DNA of 64,000 nucleotides from Azolla caroliniana. Taxonomy: Eukaryota > Plantae > Polypodiophyta. The notes below the pieces were generated by a model. It was not told the DNA's origin, did no database searches, and saw only the letters and a list, made by a program, of their open reading frames with translations. The stretch covers positions 89,505 to 153,504 of the forward strand of contig JBHGNT010000061.1 of the NCBI GenBank assembly GCA_043228905.1. The letters run 5' to 3'. Below, piece by piece: positions 49,701 to 64,000 of the stretch. A program made the translations under genes and the position numbers. Positions within the stretch are counted from its first letter, which is position 1. Each line of letters starts with the position of its first letter.

Positions 49701-52700
49701 GCTTCGATTCGAATGTTTGAACACAAAAATCCAATATCACACGACCCAGGTATGAACATTTTAATTTACTCAAGGGCTCCTCTCAACTCCCTCCTCATGT
49801 TTGCTAATTTCGTCATGTCTCTCGACCTGAATTTAAAAATCTTGATTTTTTAATTCCATATCATAGCTAATCTTGTTAGCTTCGATTCGCATGTTTGAAC
49901 ACAAAAATCCGATATCACACGAGCCTGGTATGAACATTTTAATTTACTCAAGGGCTCCTCTCAACTCACTCCTCAAATTTGGTAAGTTCATCATGTCTCT
50001 TGACTTGAGTTTTAAAATCTTGATTTTTTAATTCCATATCATAGCTAGCGTTGTGAGCTTCGATTCGCATGTTTGAACACAAAAATCCGATATCCGACGA
50101 GCCAGGTATGAACATTTTCATTTACTCAAGGGCTCCTCTCAACTCACTCCTCAAATTTGGTAATTTCGTCATGTCTCTCGACCTGAGTTTCAAAATCTTG
50201 ATATTTTAATTCCATATCATACCTAGCGTTGTTAGCTTCGATTCGAATGTTTGAACACAAAAATCCAATATCACACGGCCAGGTATGAACATTTTAATTT
50301 ACTCAAGGGCTCCTCTCAACTCCCTCCTCATGTTTGCTAATTTCGTCATGTCTCTCGACCTGAATTTAAAAATCTTGATTTTCTAATTCCATATCATAGC
50401 TAATGTTGTTAGCTTCGATTCGCATGTTTGAACACAAAAATCCGATATCACACGAGCCTGGTATGAACATTTTAATTTACTCAAGGGCTCCTCTCAACTC
50501 ACTCCTCAAATTTGGTAATTTCATCATGTCTCTTGACTTGAGTTTTAAAATCTTGATTTTTTAATTCCATATCATAGCTAGCGTTGTGAGATTCGATTCG
50601 CATGTTTGAACACAAAAATCCGATATCCGACGAGCCAGGTATGAACATTTTAATTTATTCAAGGGCTCCTCTCAACTCACTCCTCAAATTTGGTAATTTC
50701 GTCATGTCTCTCGACCTGAGTTTCAAAATCTTGATATTTTAATTCCATATCATACCTAGCGTTGTTAGCTTCGATTCGAATGTTTGAACACAAAAATCCA
50801 ATATCACACGAGCCAGGTATGAACATTTTAATTTACTCAAGGGCTCCTCTCAACTCCCTCCTCATGTTTGCTAATTTCGTCATGTCTCTCGACCTGAATT
50901 TAAAAATCTTGATTTTTTAATTCCATAGCATAGCTAATCTTGTTAGCTTCGATTCGCATGTTTGAACACAAAAATCCGATATCACACGAGCCAGGTATGA
51001 ACATTTTAATTTACTCAAGGGCTCCTCTCAACTCACTCCTCAAATTTGGTAATTTCATCATGTCTCTCGACGTGAGTTTCAAAATCTAGATTTTTTAATT
51101 CCATATCATAGCTAGCGTTGTTAGCTTCGATTCACATGTTTGAACACAAAAATCCAATATCACACGAGCCAGGTACGAACATTTTAATTTACTCAAGGGC
51201 TCCTCTCAACTCCCTCCTCATGTTTGCTAATTTCGTCATGTCTCTCGACGTGAGTTTCAAAATCTAGATTTTTTAATTCCATATCATTGCTAGCGTTGTT
51301 AGCTTCGATTCGCATGTTTGAACACAAAAATCCGATATCACACGAGCCAGGTATGAACATCTTAATTTACTCAAGGGTTCCTCTCAACTCACTCCTCAAA
51401 TTTGGTAATTTCATCATGTCTCTTGACTTGAGTTTTAAAATATTGATTTTTTAATTCCATATCATAGCTAGCGTTGTTAGCTTCGATTCGCATGTTTGAA
51501 CACAAATACCCGATATCATACGAGCCAGGTATGAACATTTTAATTTACTCAAGGGCTCCTCTCAACTCACTCCTCAAATTTGGTAATTTCATCATGTCTC
51601 TCGACCTGAGTTTCAAAATCTTGATTTTTTAATTCCATATCATAGCTAGCGTTGTTAGCTTCGATTCACATGTTTGAACACAAAAATCCGATATTACATG
51701 AGCCAGGTATGAACATTTTAATTTACTCAAGGGCTCCTCTCAACTCACTCCTCAAATTTGGTAATTTTATCATGTCTCTCGCCCTGAGTTTCAAAATCTT
51801 GATTTTCTAATTCCATATCATAGCTAGCGTTGTTAGCTTCGATTCGCATGTTTGAACACAAAAATCCGATATCACACGAGCCAGATATGAACATTTTCAT
51901 TTACCTACAAGCTCTTCTCAACTCACTCCTCAAATTTGGTAATTTCGTCATGTCTCTTGACCTGAGTGTCAAAATCTTGATTTTTTAATTCCATATCATA
52001 CCTAGCGTTGTTAGCTTCGATTCGTATGTTTGAACACAAAAATCCGATATCACACGAGCCAGGTATGAACATTTTAATTTACTCAAGGGTTCCTCTCGAC
52101 TCCCTCCTCATGTTGGGTAATTTCGTCATGTCTCTCGACCTGAGTTTCACACGAGCCAGATATGAACATGTTCATTTACCTACTAGCTCTTCTCAACTCA
52201 CTCCTCAAATTTGGTAATTTCATCAAGTCTCTCGACCTGAGTTTCAAAACCTGGATTTTTTTATTCGATATCACAGCTAGCGTTGTTAGCTTCGATTCGC
52301 ATGTTTGAACACAAAAATCCGATATCACACGAGCCTGGTATGAACATTTTAATTTACTCAAGGGCTCCTCTCAACTCACTCCTCAAATTTGGTAAGTTCA
52401 TCATGTCTCTTGACTTGAGTTTTAAAATCTTGATTTTTTAATTCCATATCATAGCTAGCGTTGTGAGCTTCGATTCGCATGTTTGAACACAAAAATCCGA
52501 TATCCGACGAGCCAGGTATGAACATTTTCATTTACTCAAGGGCTCCTCTCAACTCACTCCTCAAATTTGGTAATTTCGTCATGTCTCTCGACGTGAGTTT
52601 CAAAATCTTGATATTTTAATTCCATATCATACCTAGCGTTGTTAGCTTCGATTCGAATGTTTGAACACAAAAATCCAATATCACACGAGCCAGGTATGAA

Positions 52701-55700
52701 CATTTTAATTTACTCAAGGGCTCCTCTCAACTCCCTCCTCATGTTTGCTAATTTCGTCATGTCTCTCGACCTGAATTTAAAAATCTTGATTTTTTAATTC
52801 CATGTCATAGCTAATGTTGTTAGCTTCGATTCACATGTTTGAACACAAAAATCCGATATCACACGAGCCAGGTATGAACATTTTAATTTACTCAAGGGCT
52901 CCTCTCAACTCACCCCTCAAATTTGGTAATTTCATCATGTCTCTCGACGTGAGTTTCAAAATCTAGATTTTTTAATTCCATATCATAGCTAGCATTGTTA
53001 GCCTCGATTCGCATGTTTGAACACAAAAATCCGATATCACACGAGCCAGGTATGAACATCTTAATTTACTCAAGGGTTCCTCTCAAGTCACTCCTCAAAT
53101 TTGGTAATTTCATCATGTCTCTTGACTTGAGTTTTAAAATATTGATTTTTTAATTCCATATCATAGCTAGCGTTGTTAGCTTCGATTCGCATGTTTGAAC
53201 ACAAATACCTGATATCATACGAGCCAGGTATGAACATTTTAATTTACTCAAGGGCTCCTGTCAACTCACTCCTCAAATTTGGTAATTTCATCATGTCTCT
53301 CGACCTGAGTTTCAAAATCTTGATTTTTTAATTCCATATCATAGCTAGCGTTGTTAGCTTCGATTCACATGTTTGAACACAAAAATCCGATATTACACGA
53401 GCCAGGTATGAACATTTTAATTTACTCAAGGGCTCCTGTCAACTCACTCCTCAAATTTGGTAATTTTATCATGTCTCTCGCTCTGAATTTCAAAATCTTG
53501 ATTTTCTAATTCCATATCATAGCTAGCGTTCGATTCGCATGTTTGAACACAAAAATCCGATATCACACGAGCCAGATATGAACATTTTCATTTACCTACA
53601 AGCTCTTCTCAACTCAGTCCTCAAATTCGGTAATTTCGTCATGTCTCTCGACCTGAGTGTCGAAATCTAGATTTTTTAATTCCATATCATACCTAGCGTT
53701 GTTAGCTTCGATTCGTATGTTTGAACACAAAAATCCGATATCACACGAGCCAGGTATGAACATTTTAATTTACTCAAGGGTTCCTCTCAACTCCCTCCTC
53801 ATGTTGGGTAATTTCGTCATGTCTCTCGACCTAAGTTTCAAAATCTTGATTTTCTAATTCCATATCATAGCTAGCGTTGTTAGCTTCGATTCGCATGTTT
53901 GATCACAAAAATCCGATATCACACGAGCCAGATATGAACATTTTCATTTACCTACAAGCTCTTCTCAACTCACTCCTCAAATTTGGTAATTTCGTCATGT
54001 CTCTCGACCTGAGTGTCAAAATCTTGATTTTTTAATTCCATATCATACCTAGCGTTGTTAGCTTCGATTCGCATGTTTGAACACAAAAATCCGATATCAC
54101 ACGAGCCAGGTATGAACATTTTAATTTACTTAAGGGCTCCTATCAACTCACTCCTCAAATTTGGTAATTTCATCATGTCTCTCGACCTGAGTTTCAAAAT
54201 CCTCATTTTTTAATTCCATATCATAGCTAGCGTTGTTAGCTTCGATTCGCATGTTTGAACACAAAAATCCGATATCACACGAGCCAGCTATGAACATTTT
54301 AATTTACTCAAGGGCTCCTCTCAACTCACTCGTCAAATTTGGTAATTTCGTCATGTCTCTCGACCTGAGTTTCAAAATCTTGATATTTTAATTCCATATC
54401 ATACCTAGCGTTGTTAGCTTCGATTCGAATGTTTGAACACAAAAATCCAATATCACACGAGCCAGGTATGAACATTTTAATTTACTCAAGGGCTCCTCTC
54501 AACTCCCTCCTCATGTTGGGTAATTTCGTCATGTCTCTCGACCTGAGTTTTAAAATCTTGATTTTTTAATTCCATATAATAGCTATTGTTATTAACTTCG
54601 ATTCACATGTTTGATCACAAAAATCCGTTATCACACGAGCCAGGTCTGAACATTTTAATTTACTCAAGGGCTCCTCTCAACTCCCTCCTCATGTTTGCTA
54701 ATTTCGTCATGTCTCTCGACCTGAATTTCAAAATCTTGATTTTCTAATTCCATATCATAGCTAATGTTGTTAGCTTCGATTCGCATGTTTGAACACAAAA
54801 ATCCGATATGACACGAGCCAGGTATGAACATTTTAATTTACTCAAGGGCTCCTATCAACTCACTCCTCAAATTTGGTAATTTCATCATGTCTCTCGACCT
54901 GAGTTTCAAAATCTTGATTTTTTAATTCCATATCATAGCTAGCGTTGTGAGCTTCGATTCGCATGTTTGAACACAAAAATCCGATATCCGACGAGCCAGG
55001 TATGAACATTTTCATTTACTCAAGGGCTCCTCTCAACTCACTCCTCAAATTTGGTAATTTCGTCATGTCTCTCGACCTGAGTTTCAAAATCTTGATATTT
55101 TAATTCCATATCATACCTAGCGTTGTTAGCTTCGATTCGAATGTTTGAACACAAAAATCCAATATCACACGAGCCAGGTATGAACATTTTAATTTACTCA
55201 AGGGCTCCTCTCAACTCCCTCCTCATGTTTGCTAATTTCGTCATGTCTCTCGACCTGAATTTAAAAATCTTGATTTTTTAATTCCATGTCATAGCTAATG
55301 TTGTTAGCTTCGATTCACATGTTTGAACACAAAAATCCGATATCACACGAGCCAGGTATGAACATTTTAATTTACTCAAGGGCTCCTCTCAACTCACCCC
55401 TCAAATTTGGTAATTTCATCATGTCTCTCGACGTGAGTTTCAAAATCTAGATTTTTTAATTCCATATCATAGCTAGCATTGTTAGCCTCGATTCGCATGT
55501 TTGAACACAAAAATCCGATATCACACGAGCCAGGTATGAACATCTTAATTTACTCAAGGGTTCCTCTCAAGTCACTCCTCAAATTTGGTAATTTCATCAT
55601 GTCTCTTGACTTGAGTTTTAAAATATTGATTTTTTAATTCCATATCATAGCTAGCGTTGTTAGCTTCGATTCGCATGTTTGAACACAAATACCTGATATC

Positions 55701-58700
55701 ATACGAGCCAGGTATGAACATTTTAATTTACTCAAGGGCTCCTGTCAACTCACTCCTCAAATTTGGTAATTTCATCATGTCTCTCGACCTGAGTTTCAAA
55801 ATCTTGATTTTTTAATTCCATATCATAGCTAGCGTTGTTAGCTTCGATTCACATGTTTGAACACAAAAATCCGATATTACACGAGCCAGGTATGAACATT
55901 TTAATTTACTCAAGGGCTCCTGTCAACTCACTCCTCAAATTTGGTAATTTTATCATGTCTCTCGCTCTGAATTTCAAAATCTTGATTTTCTAATTCCATA
56001 TCATAGCTAGCGTTCGATTCGCATGTTTGAACACAAAAATCCGATATCACACGAGCCAGATATGAACATTTTCATTTACCTACAAGCTCTTCTCAACTCA
56101 GTCCTCAAATTCGGTAATTTCGTCATGTCTCTCGACCTGAGTGTCAAAATCTAGATTTTTTAATTCCATATCATACCTAGCGTTGTTAGCTTCGATTCGT
56201 ATGTTTGAACACAAAAATCCGATATCACACGAGCCAGGTATGAACATTTTAATTTACTCAAGGGTTCCTCTCAACTCCCTCCTCATGTTGGGTAATTTCG
56301 TCATGTCTCTCGACCTAAGTTTCAAAATCTTGATTTTCTAATTCCATATCATAGCTAGCGTTGTTAACTTCGATTCACATGTTTGATCACAAAAATCCGA
56401 TATCACACGAGCCAGATATGAACATCTTCATTTACCTACTAGCTCTTCTCAACTCACTCCTCAAATTTGGTAATTTCATCATGTCTCTCGACCTGAGTTT
56501 CAAAACCTGGATTTTTTTATTTGATATCACAGCTAGCGTTGTTAGCTTCGATTCGCATGTTTGAACACAAAAATCCGATATCACACGAGCCTGGTATGAA
56601 CATTTTAATTTACTCAAGGGCTCCTCTCAACTCACTCCTCAAATTTGGTAAGTTCACCATGTCTCTTGACTTGAGTTTTAAAATCTTGATTTTTTAATTC
56701 CATATCATAGCTAGCGTTGTGAGCTTCGATTCGCATGTTTGAACACAAAAATCCGATATCCGACGAGCCAGGTATGAACATTTTCATTTACTCAAGGGCT
56801 CCTCTCAACTCACTCCTCAAATTTGGTAATTTCGTCATGTCTCTCGACCTGAGTTTCAAAATCTTGATATTTTAATTCCATATCATACCTAGCGTTGTTA
56901 GCTTCGATTCGAATGTTTGAACACAAAAATCCAATATCACACGAGCCAGGTATGAACATTTTAATTTACTCAAGGGCTCCTCTCAACTCCCTGCTCATGT
57001 TTGCTAATTTCGTCATGTCTCTCGACCTGAATTTAAAAATCTTGATTTTCTAATTCCATATCATAGCTAATGTTGTTAGCTTCGATTCGCATGTTTGAAC
57101 ACAAAAATCCGATATCACACGAGCCTGGTATGAACATTTTAATTTACTCAAGGGCTCCTCTCAACTCACTCCTCAAATTTGGTAAGTTCACCATGTCTCT
57201 TGACTTGAGTTTTAAAATCTTGATTTTTTAATTCCATATCATAGCTAGCGTTGTGAGCTTCGATTCGCATGTTTGAACACAAAAATCCGATATCCGACGA
57301 GCCAGGTATGAACATTTTCATTTACTCAAGGGCTCCTCTCAACTCACTCCTCAAATTTGGTAATTTCGTCATGTCTCTCGACCTGAGTTTCAAAATCTTG
57401 ATATTTTAATTCCATATCATACCTAGCGTTGTTAGCTTCGATTCGAATGTTTGAACACAAAAATCCAATATCACACGAGCCAGGTATGAACATTTTAATT
57501 TACTCAAGGGCTCCTCTCAACTCCCTGCTCATGTTTGCTAATTTCGTCATGTCTCTCGACCTGAATTTAAAAATCTTGATTTTCTAATTCCATATCATAG
57601 CTAATGTTGTTAGCTTCGATTCGCATGTTTGAACACAAAAATCCGATATCACACGAGCCTGGTATGAACATTTTAATTTACTCAAGGGCTCCTCTCAACT
57701 CACTCCTCAAATTTGGTAAGTTCATCATGTCTCTTGACTTGAGTTTTAAAATCTTGATTTTTTAATTCCATATCATAGCTAGCGTTGTGAGATTCGATTC
57801 GCATGTTTGAACACAAAAATCCGATATCCGACGAGCCAGGTATGAACATTTTCATTTACTCAAGGGCTCCTCTCAACTCACTCCTCAAATTTGGTAATTT
57901 CGTCATGTCTCTCGACCTGAGTTTCAAAATCTTGATATTTTAATTCCATATCATACCTAGCGTTGTTAGCTTCGATTCGAATGTTTGAACACAAAAATCC
58001 AATATCACACGAGCCAGGTATGAACATTTTAATTTACTCAAGGGCTCCTCTCAACTCCCTGCTCATGTTTGCTAATTTCGTCATGTCTCTCGACCTGAAT
58101 TTAAAAATCTTGATTTTCTAATTCCATATCATAGCTAATGTTGTTAGCTTCGATTCGCATGTTTGAACACAAAAATCCGATATCACACGAGCCTGGTATG
58201 AACATTTTAATTTACTCAAGGGCTCCTCTCAACTCACTCCTCAAATTTGGTAAGTTCATCATGTCTCTTGACTTGAGTTTTAAAATCTTGATTTTTTAAT
58301 TCCATATCATAGCTAGCGTTGTGAGATTCGATTCGCATGTTTGAACACAAAAATCCGATATCCGACGAGCCAGGTATGAACATTTTCATTTACTCAAGGG
58401 CTCCTCTCAACTCACTCCTCAAATTTGGTAATTTCGTCATGTCTCTCGACCTGAGTTTCAAAATCTTGATATTTTAATTCCATATCATACCTAGCGTTGT
58501 TAGCTTCGATTCGAATGTTTGAACACAAAAATCCAATATCACACGACCCAGGTATGAACATTTTAATTTACTCAAGGGCTCCTCTCAACTCCCTCCTCAT
58601 GTTTGCTAATTTCGTCATGTCTCTCGACCTGAATTTAAAAATCTTGATTTTTTAATTCCATATCATAGCTAATCTTGTTAGCTTCGATTCGCATGTTTGA

Positions 58701-61700
58701 ACACAAAAATCCGATATCACACGAGCCTGGTATGAACATTTTAATTTACTCAAGGGCTCCTCTCAACTCACTCCTCAAATTTGGTAAGTTCATCATGTCT
58801 CTTGACTTGAGTTTTAAAATCTTGATTTTTTAATTCCATATCATAGCTAGCGTTGTGAGCTTCGATTCGCATGTTTGAACACAAAAATCCGATATCCGAC
58901 GAGCCAGGTATGAACATTTTCATTTACTCAAGGGCTCCTCTCAACTCACTCCTCAAATTTGGTAATTTCGTCATGTCTCTCGACCTGAGTTTCAAAATCT
59001 TGATATTTTAATTCCATATCATACCTAGCGTTGTTAGCTTCGATTCGAATGTTTGAACACAAAAATCCAATATCACACGGCCAGGTATGAACATTTTAAT
59101 TTACTCAAGGGCTCCTCTCAACTCCCTCCTCATGTTTGCTAATTTCGTCATGTCTCTCGACCTGAATTTAAAAATCTTGATTTTCTAATTCCATATCATA
59201 GCTAATGTTGTTAGCTTCGATTCGCATGTTTGAACACAAAAATCCGATATCACACGAGCCTGGTATGAACATTTTAATTTACTCAAGGGCTCCTCTCAAC
59301 TCACTCCTCAAATTTGGTAATTTCATCATGTCTCTTGACTTGAGTTTTAAAATCTTGATTTTTTAATTCCATATCATAGCTAGCGTTGTGAGATTCGATT
59401 CGCATGTTTGAACACAAAAATCCGATATCCGACGAGCCAGGTATGAACATTTTAATTTATTCAAGGGCTCCTCTCAACTCACTCCTCAAATTTGGTAATT
59501 TCGTCATGTCTCTCGACCTGAGTTTCAAAATCTTGATATTTTAATTCCATATCATACCTAGCGTTGTTAGCTTCGATTCGAATGTTTGAACACAAAAATC
59601 CAATATCACACGAGCCAGGTATGAACATTTTAATTTACTCAAGGGCTCCTCTCAACTCCCTCCTCATGTTTGCTAATTTCGTCATGTCTCTCGACCTGAA
59701 TTTAAAAATCTTGATTTTTTAATTCCATAGCATAGCTAATCTTGTTAGCTTCGATTCGCATGTTTGAACACAAAAATCCGATATCACACGAGCCAGGTAT
59801 GAACATTTTAATTTACTCAAGGGCTCCTCTCAACTCACTCCTCAAATTTGGTAATTTCATCATGTCTCTCGACGTGAGTTTCAAAATCTAGATTTTTTAA
59901 TTCCATATCATAGCTAGCGTTGTTAGCTTCGATTCACATGTTTGAACACAAAAATCCAATATCACACGAGCCAGGTACGAACATTTTAATTTACTCAAGG
60001 GCTCCTCTCAACTCCCTCCTCATGTTTGCTAATTTCGTCATGTCTCTCGACGTGAGTTTCAAAATCTAGATTTTTTAATTCCATATCATTGCTAGCGTTG
60101 TTAGCTTCGATTCGCATGTTTGAACACAAAAATCCGATATCACACGAGCCAGGTATGAACATCTTAATTTACTCAAGGGTTCCTCTCAACTCACTCCTCA
60201 AATTTGGTAATTTCATCATGTCTCTTGACTTGAGTTTTAAAATATTGATTTTTTAATTCCATATCATAGCTAGCGTTGTTAGCTTCGATTCGCATGTTTG
60301 AACACAAATACCCGATATCATACGAGCCAGGTATGAACATTTTAATTTACTCAAGGGCTCCTCTCAACTCACTCCTCAAATTTGGTAATTTCATCATGTC
60401 TCTCGACCTGAGTTTCAAAATCTTGATTTTTTAATTCCATATCATAGCTAGCGTTGTTAGCTTCGATTCACATGTTTGAACACAAAAATCCGATATTACA
60501 TGAGCCAGGTATGAACATTTTAATTTACTCAAGGGCTCCTCTCAACTCACTCCTCAAATTTGGTAATTTTATCATGTCTCTCGCCCTGAGTTTCAAAATC
60601 TTGATTTTCTAATTCCATATCATAGCTAGCGTTGTTAGCTTCGATTCGCATGTTTGAACACAAAAATCCGATATCACACGAGCCAGATATGAACATTTTC
60701 ATTTACCTACAAGCTCTTCTCAACTCACTCCTCAAATTTGGTAATTTCGTCATGTCTCTTGACCTGAGTGTCAAAATCTTGATTTTTTAATTCCATATCA
60801 TACCTAGCGTTGTTAGCTTCGATTCGTATGTTTGAACACAAAAATCCGATATCACACGAGCCAGGTATGAACATTTTAATTTACTCAAGGGTTCCTCTCG
60901 ACTCCCTCCTCATGTTGGGTAATTTCGTCATGTCTCTCGACCTGAGTTTCACACGAGCCAGATATGAACATGTTCATTTACCTACTAGCTCTTCTCAACT
61001 CACTCCTCAAATTTGGTAATTTCATCAAGTCTCTCGACCTGAGTTTCAAAACCTGGATTTTTTTATTCGATATCACAGCTAGCGTTGTTAGCTTCGATTC
61101 GCATGTTTGAACACAAAAATCCGATATCACACGAGCCTGGTATGAACATTTTAATTTACTCAAGGGCTCCTCTCAACTCACTCCTCAAATTTGGTAAGTT
61201 CATCATGTCTCTTGACTTGAGTTTTAAAATCTTGATTTTTTAATTCCATATCATAGCTAGCGTTGTGAGCTTCGATTCGCATGTTTGAACACAAAAATCC
61301 GATATCCGACGAGCCAGGTATGAACATTTTCATTTACTCAAGGGCTCCTCTCAACTCACTCCTCAAATTTGGTAATTTCGTCATGTCTCTCGACGTGAGT
61401 TTCAAAATCTTGATATTTTAATTCCATATCATACCTAGCGTTGTTAGCTTCGATTCGAATGTTTGAACACAAAAATCCAATATCACACGAGCCAGGTATG
61501 AACATTTTAATTTACTCAAGGGCTCCTCTCAACTCCCTCCTCATGTTTGCTAATTTCGTCATGTCTCTCGACCTGAATTTAAAAATCTTGATTTTTTAAT
61601 TCCATGTCATAGCTAATGTTGTTAGCTTCGATTCACATGTTTGAACACAAAAATCCGATATCACACGAGCCAGGTATGAACATTTTAATTTACTCAAGGG

Positions 61701-62011
61701 CTCCTCTCAACTCACCCCTCAAATTTGGTAATTTCATCATGTCTCTCGACGTGAGTTTCAAAATCTAGATTTTTTAATTCCATATCATAGCTAGCATTGT
61801 TAGCCTCGATTCGCATGTTTGAACACAAAAATCCGATATCACACGAGCCAGGTATGAACATCTTAATTTACTCAAGGGTTCCTCTCAAGTCACTCCTCAA
61901 ATTTGGTAATTTCATCATGTCTCTTGACTTGAGTTTTAAAATATTGATTTTTTAATTCCATATCATAGCTAGCGTTGTTAGCTTCGATTCGCATGTTTGA
62001 ACACAAATACC
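43792..62011 (-). repeat. Tandem duplication of a 50-monomer block (8802 bp)
   Basis: ORF pairs 44855/53657, 47339/56141, 47559/56361 and 52008/60810 are all offset by 8802 = 50x178 - 81 - 8 - 8 - 1. All four deletions are visible in each copy. Confidence 0.93.
47785..50990 (-). repeat. 3-mer higher-order repeat (534 bp) x ~6; repeated at ~56587-59790 and from ~62905 to the window end
   Basis: The marker GAGCCTGGTATG occurs at 47785, 48319, 48853, 49387, 49921 and 50454, cycling with ATCCGACGAG, ATCCAATATC and CATGTTTGCT. Confidence 0.9.
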
Positions 62012-64000
62012 CGATATCATACGAGCCAGGTATGAACATTTTAATTTACTCAAGGGCTCCTGTCAACTCACTCCTCAAATTTGGTAATTTCATCATGTCT
62101 CTCGACCTGAGTTTCAAAATCTTGATTTTTTAATTCCATATCATAGCTAGCGTTCTTAGCTTCGATTCACATGTTTGAACACAAAAATCCGATATTACAC
62201 GAGCCAGGTATGAACATTTTAATTTACTCAAGGGCTCCTGTCAACTCACTCCTCAAATTTGGTAATTTTATCATGTCTCTCGCTCTGAATTTCAAAATCT
62301 TGATTTTCTAATTCCATATCATAGCTAGCGTTCGATTCGCATGTTTGAACACAAAAATCCGATATCACACGAGCCAGATATGAACATTTTCATTTACCTA
62401 CAAGCTCTTCTCAACTCAGTCCTCAAATTCGGTAATTTCGTCATGTCTCTCGACCTGAGTGTCAAAATCTAGATTTTTTAATTCCATATCATACCTAGCG
62501 TTGTTAGCTTCGATTCGTATGTTTGAACACAAAAATCCGATATCACACGAGCCAGGTATGAACATTTTAATTTACTCAAGGGTTCCTCTCAACTCCCTCC
62601 TCATGTTGGGTAATTTCGTCATGTCTCTCGACCTAAGTTTCAAAATCTTGATTTTTTAATTCCATATCATAGCTAGCGTTGTTAACTTCGATTCACATGT
62701 TTGATCACAAAAATCCGATATCACACGAGCCAGATATGAACATCTTCATTTACCTACTAGCTCTTCTCAACTCACTCCTCAAATTTGGTAATTTCATCAT
62801 GTCTCTCGACCTGAGTTTCAAAACCTGGATTTTTTTATTTGATATCACAGCTAGCGTTGTTAGCTTCGATTCGCATGTTTGAACACAAAAATCCGATATC
62901 ACACGAGCCTGGTATGAACATTTTAATTTACTCAAGGGCTCCTCTCAACTCACTCCTCAAATTTGGTAAGTTCACCATGTCTCTTGACTTGAGTTTTAAA
63001 ATCTTGATTTTTTAATTCCATATCATAGCTAGCGTTGTGAGCTTCGATTCGCATGTTTGAACACAAAAATCCGATATCCGACGAGCCAGGTATGAACATT
63101 TTCATTTACTCAAGGGCTCCTCTCAACTCACTCCTCAAATTTGGTAATTTCGTCATGTCTCTCGACCTGAGTTTCAAAATCTTGATATTTTAATTCCATA
63201 TCATACCTAGCGTTGTTAGCTTCGATTCGAATGTTTGAACACAAAAATCCAATATCACACGAGCCAGGTATGAACATTTTAATTTACTCAAGGGCTCCTC
63301 TCAACTCCCTGCTCATGTTTGCTAATTTCGTCATGTCTCTCGAACTGAATTTAAAAATCTTGATTTTCTAATTCCATATCATAGCTAATGTTGTTAGCTT
63401 CGATTCGCATGTTTGAACACAAAAATCCGATATCACACGAGCCTGGTATGAACATTTTAATTTACTCAAGGGCTCCTCTCAACTCACTCCTCAAATTTGG
63501 TAAGTTCACCATGTCTCTTGACTTGAGTTTTAAAACTTGATTTTTTAATTCCATATCATAGCTAGCGTTGTGAGCTTCGATTCGCATGTTTGAACACAAA
63601 AATCCGATATCCGACGAGCCAGGTATGAACATTTTCATTTACTCAAGGGCTCCTCTCAACTCACTCCTCAAATTTGGTAATTTCGTCATGTCTCTCGACC
63701 TGAGTTTCAAATACTTGATATTTTAATTCCATATCATACCTAGCGTTGTTAGCTTCGATTCGAATGTTTGAACACAAAAATCCAATATCACACGAGCCAG
63801 GTATGAACATTTTAATTTACTCAAGGGCTCCTCTCAACTCCCTGCTCATGTTTGCTAATTTCGTCATGTCTCTCGACCTGAATTTAAAAATCTTGATTTT
63901 CTAATTCCATATCATAGCTAATGTTGTTAGCTTCGATTCGCATGTTTGAACACAAAAATCCGATATCACACGAGCCTGGTATGAACATTTTAATTTACTC

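Larger units (their letters stand above)
31620..64000 (-). repeat. 178-bp satellite array in inverted orientation, subfamily R, ~182 monomers
   Basis: Reverse complement of the left monomer (TGAACATTTTAATTTACTC, CTCAAATTTGGTA). Diagnostic minus-strand words are GAGGAGTGAG, GAGAGGAGCCCTTGAG and GACATGA(T/C)GAAAT. Confidence 0.98.

Noticed and set aside
32813-62935. Recurrent short ORFs in the right array
   Set aside because: Same satellite translation artefact; used here only as markers for duplication offsets.
63340-63720. Private changes near the window end (CGAACTG, TAAAACTTGA, AATACTTG)
   Set aside because: Singleton substitution and 1-bp indels next to homopolymers; cannot be told apart from consensus errors.

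Overview
Plant-type heterochromatic, probably (peri)centromeric DNA with no intact host genes. A 178-bp tandem satellite runs on the + strand from 1 to ~25093 (~141 monomers). A ~6.5-kb island (25094-31619) follows, made of truncated, nested and pseudogenised Ty1/copia LTR-retrotransposon pieces: an INT-RT-RH-PPT-3'LTR fragment on +, a related RH-PPT-LTR fragment on -, and a 5'LTR-PBS(Met)-gag-PR fragment on +. The same satellite then resumes in the opposite orientation and as a distinct sequence subfamily (31620-64000, ~182 monomers). Both arrays show nested higher-order repeats and recent large tandem duplications: 7-mer, 24-mer/4273 bp and 5/6-mer on the left; 3-mer, 14-mer offset and 50-mer/8802 bp on the right. 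Two duplication breakpoints can be mapped from the sequence. A rare monomer haplotype is shared across the inversion. All short ORFs within the satellite look spurious. The species and centromere function cannot be determined from the sequence alone. All comparisons were made by eye.
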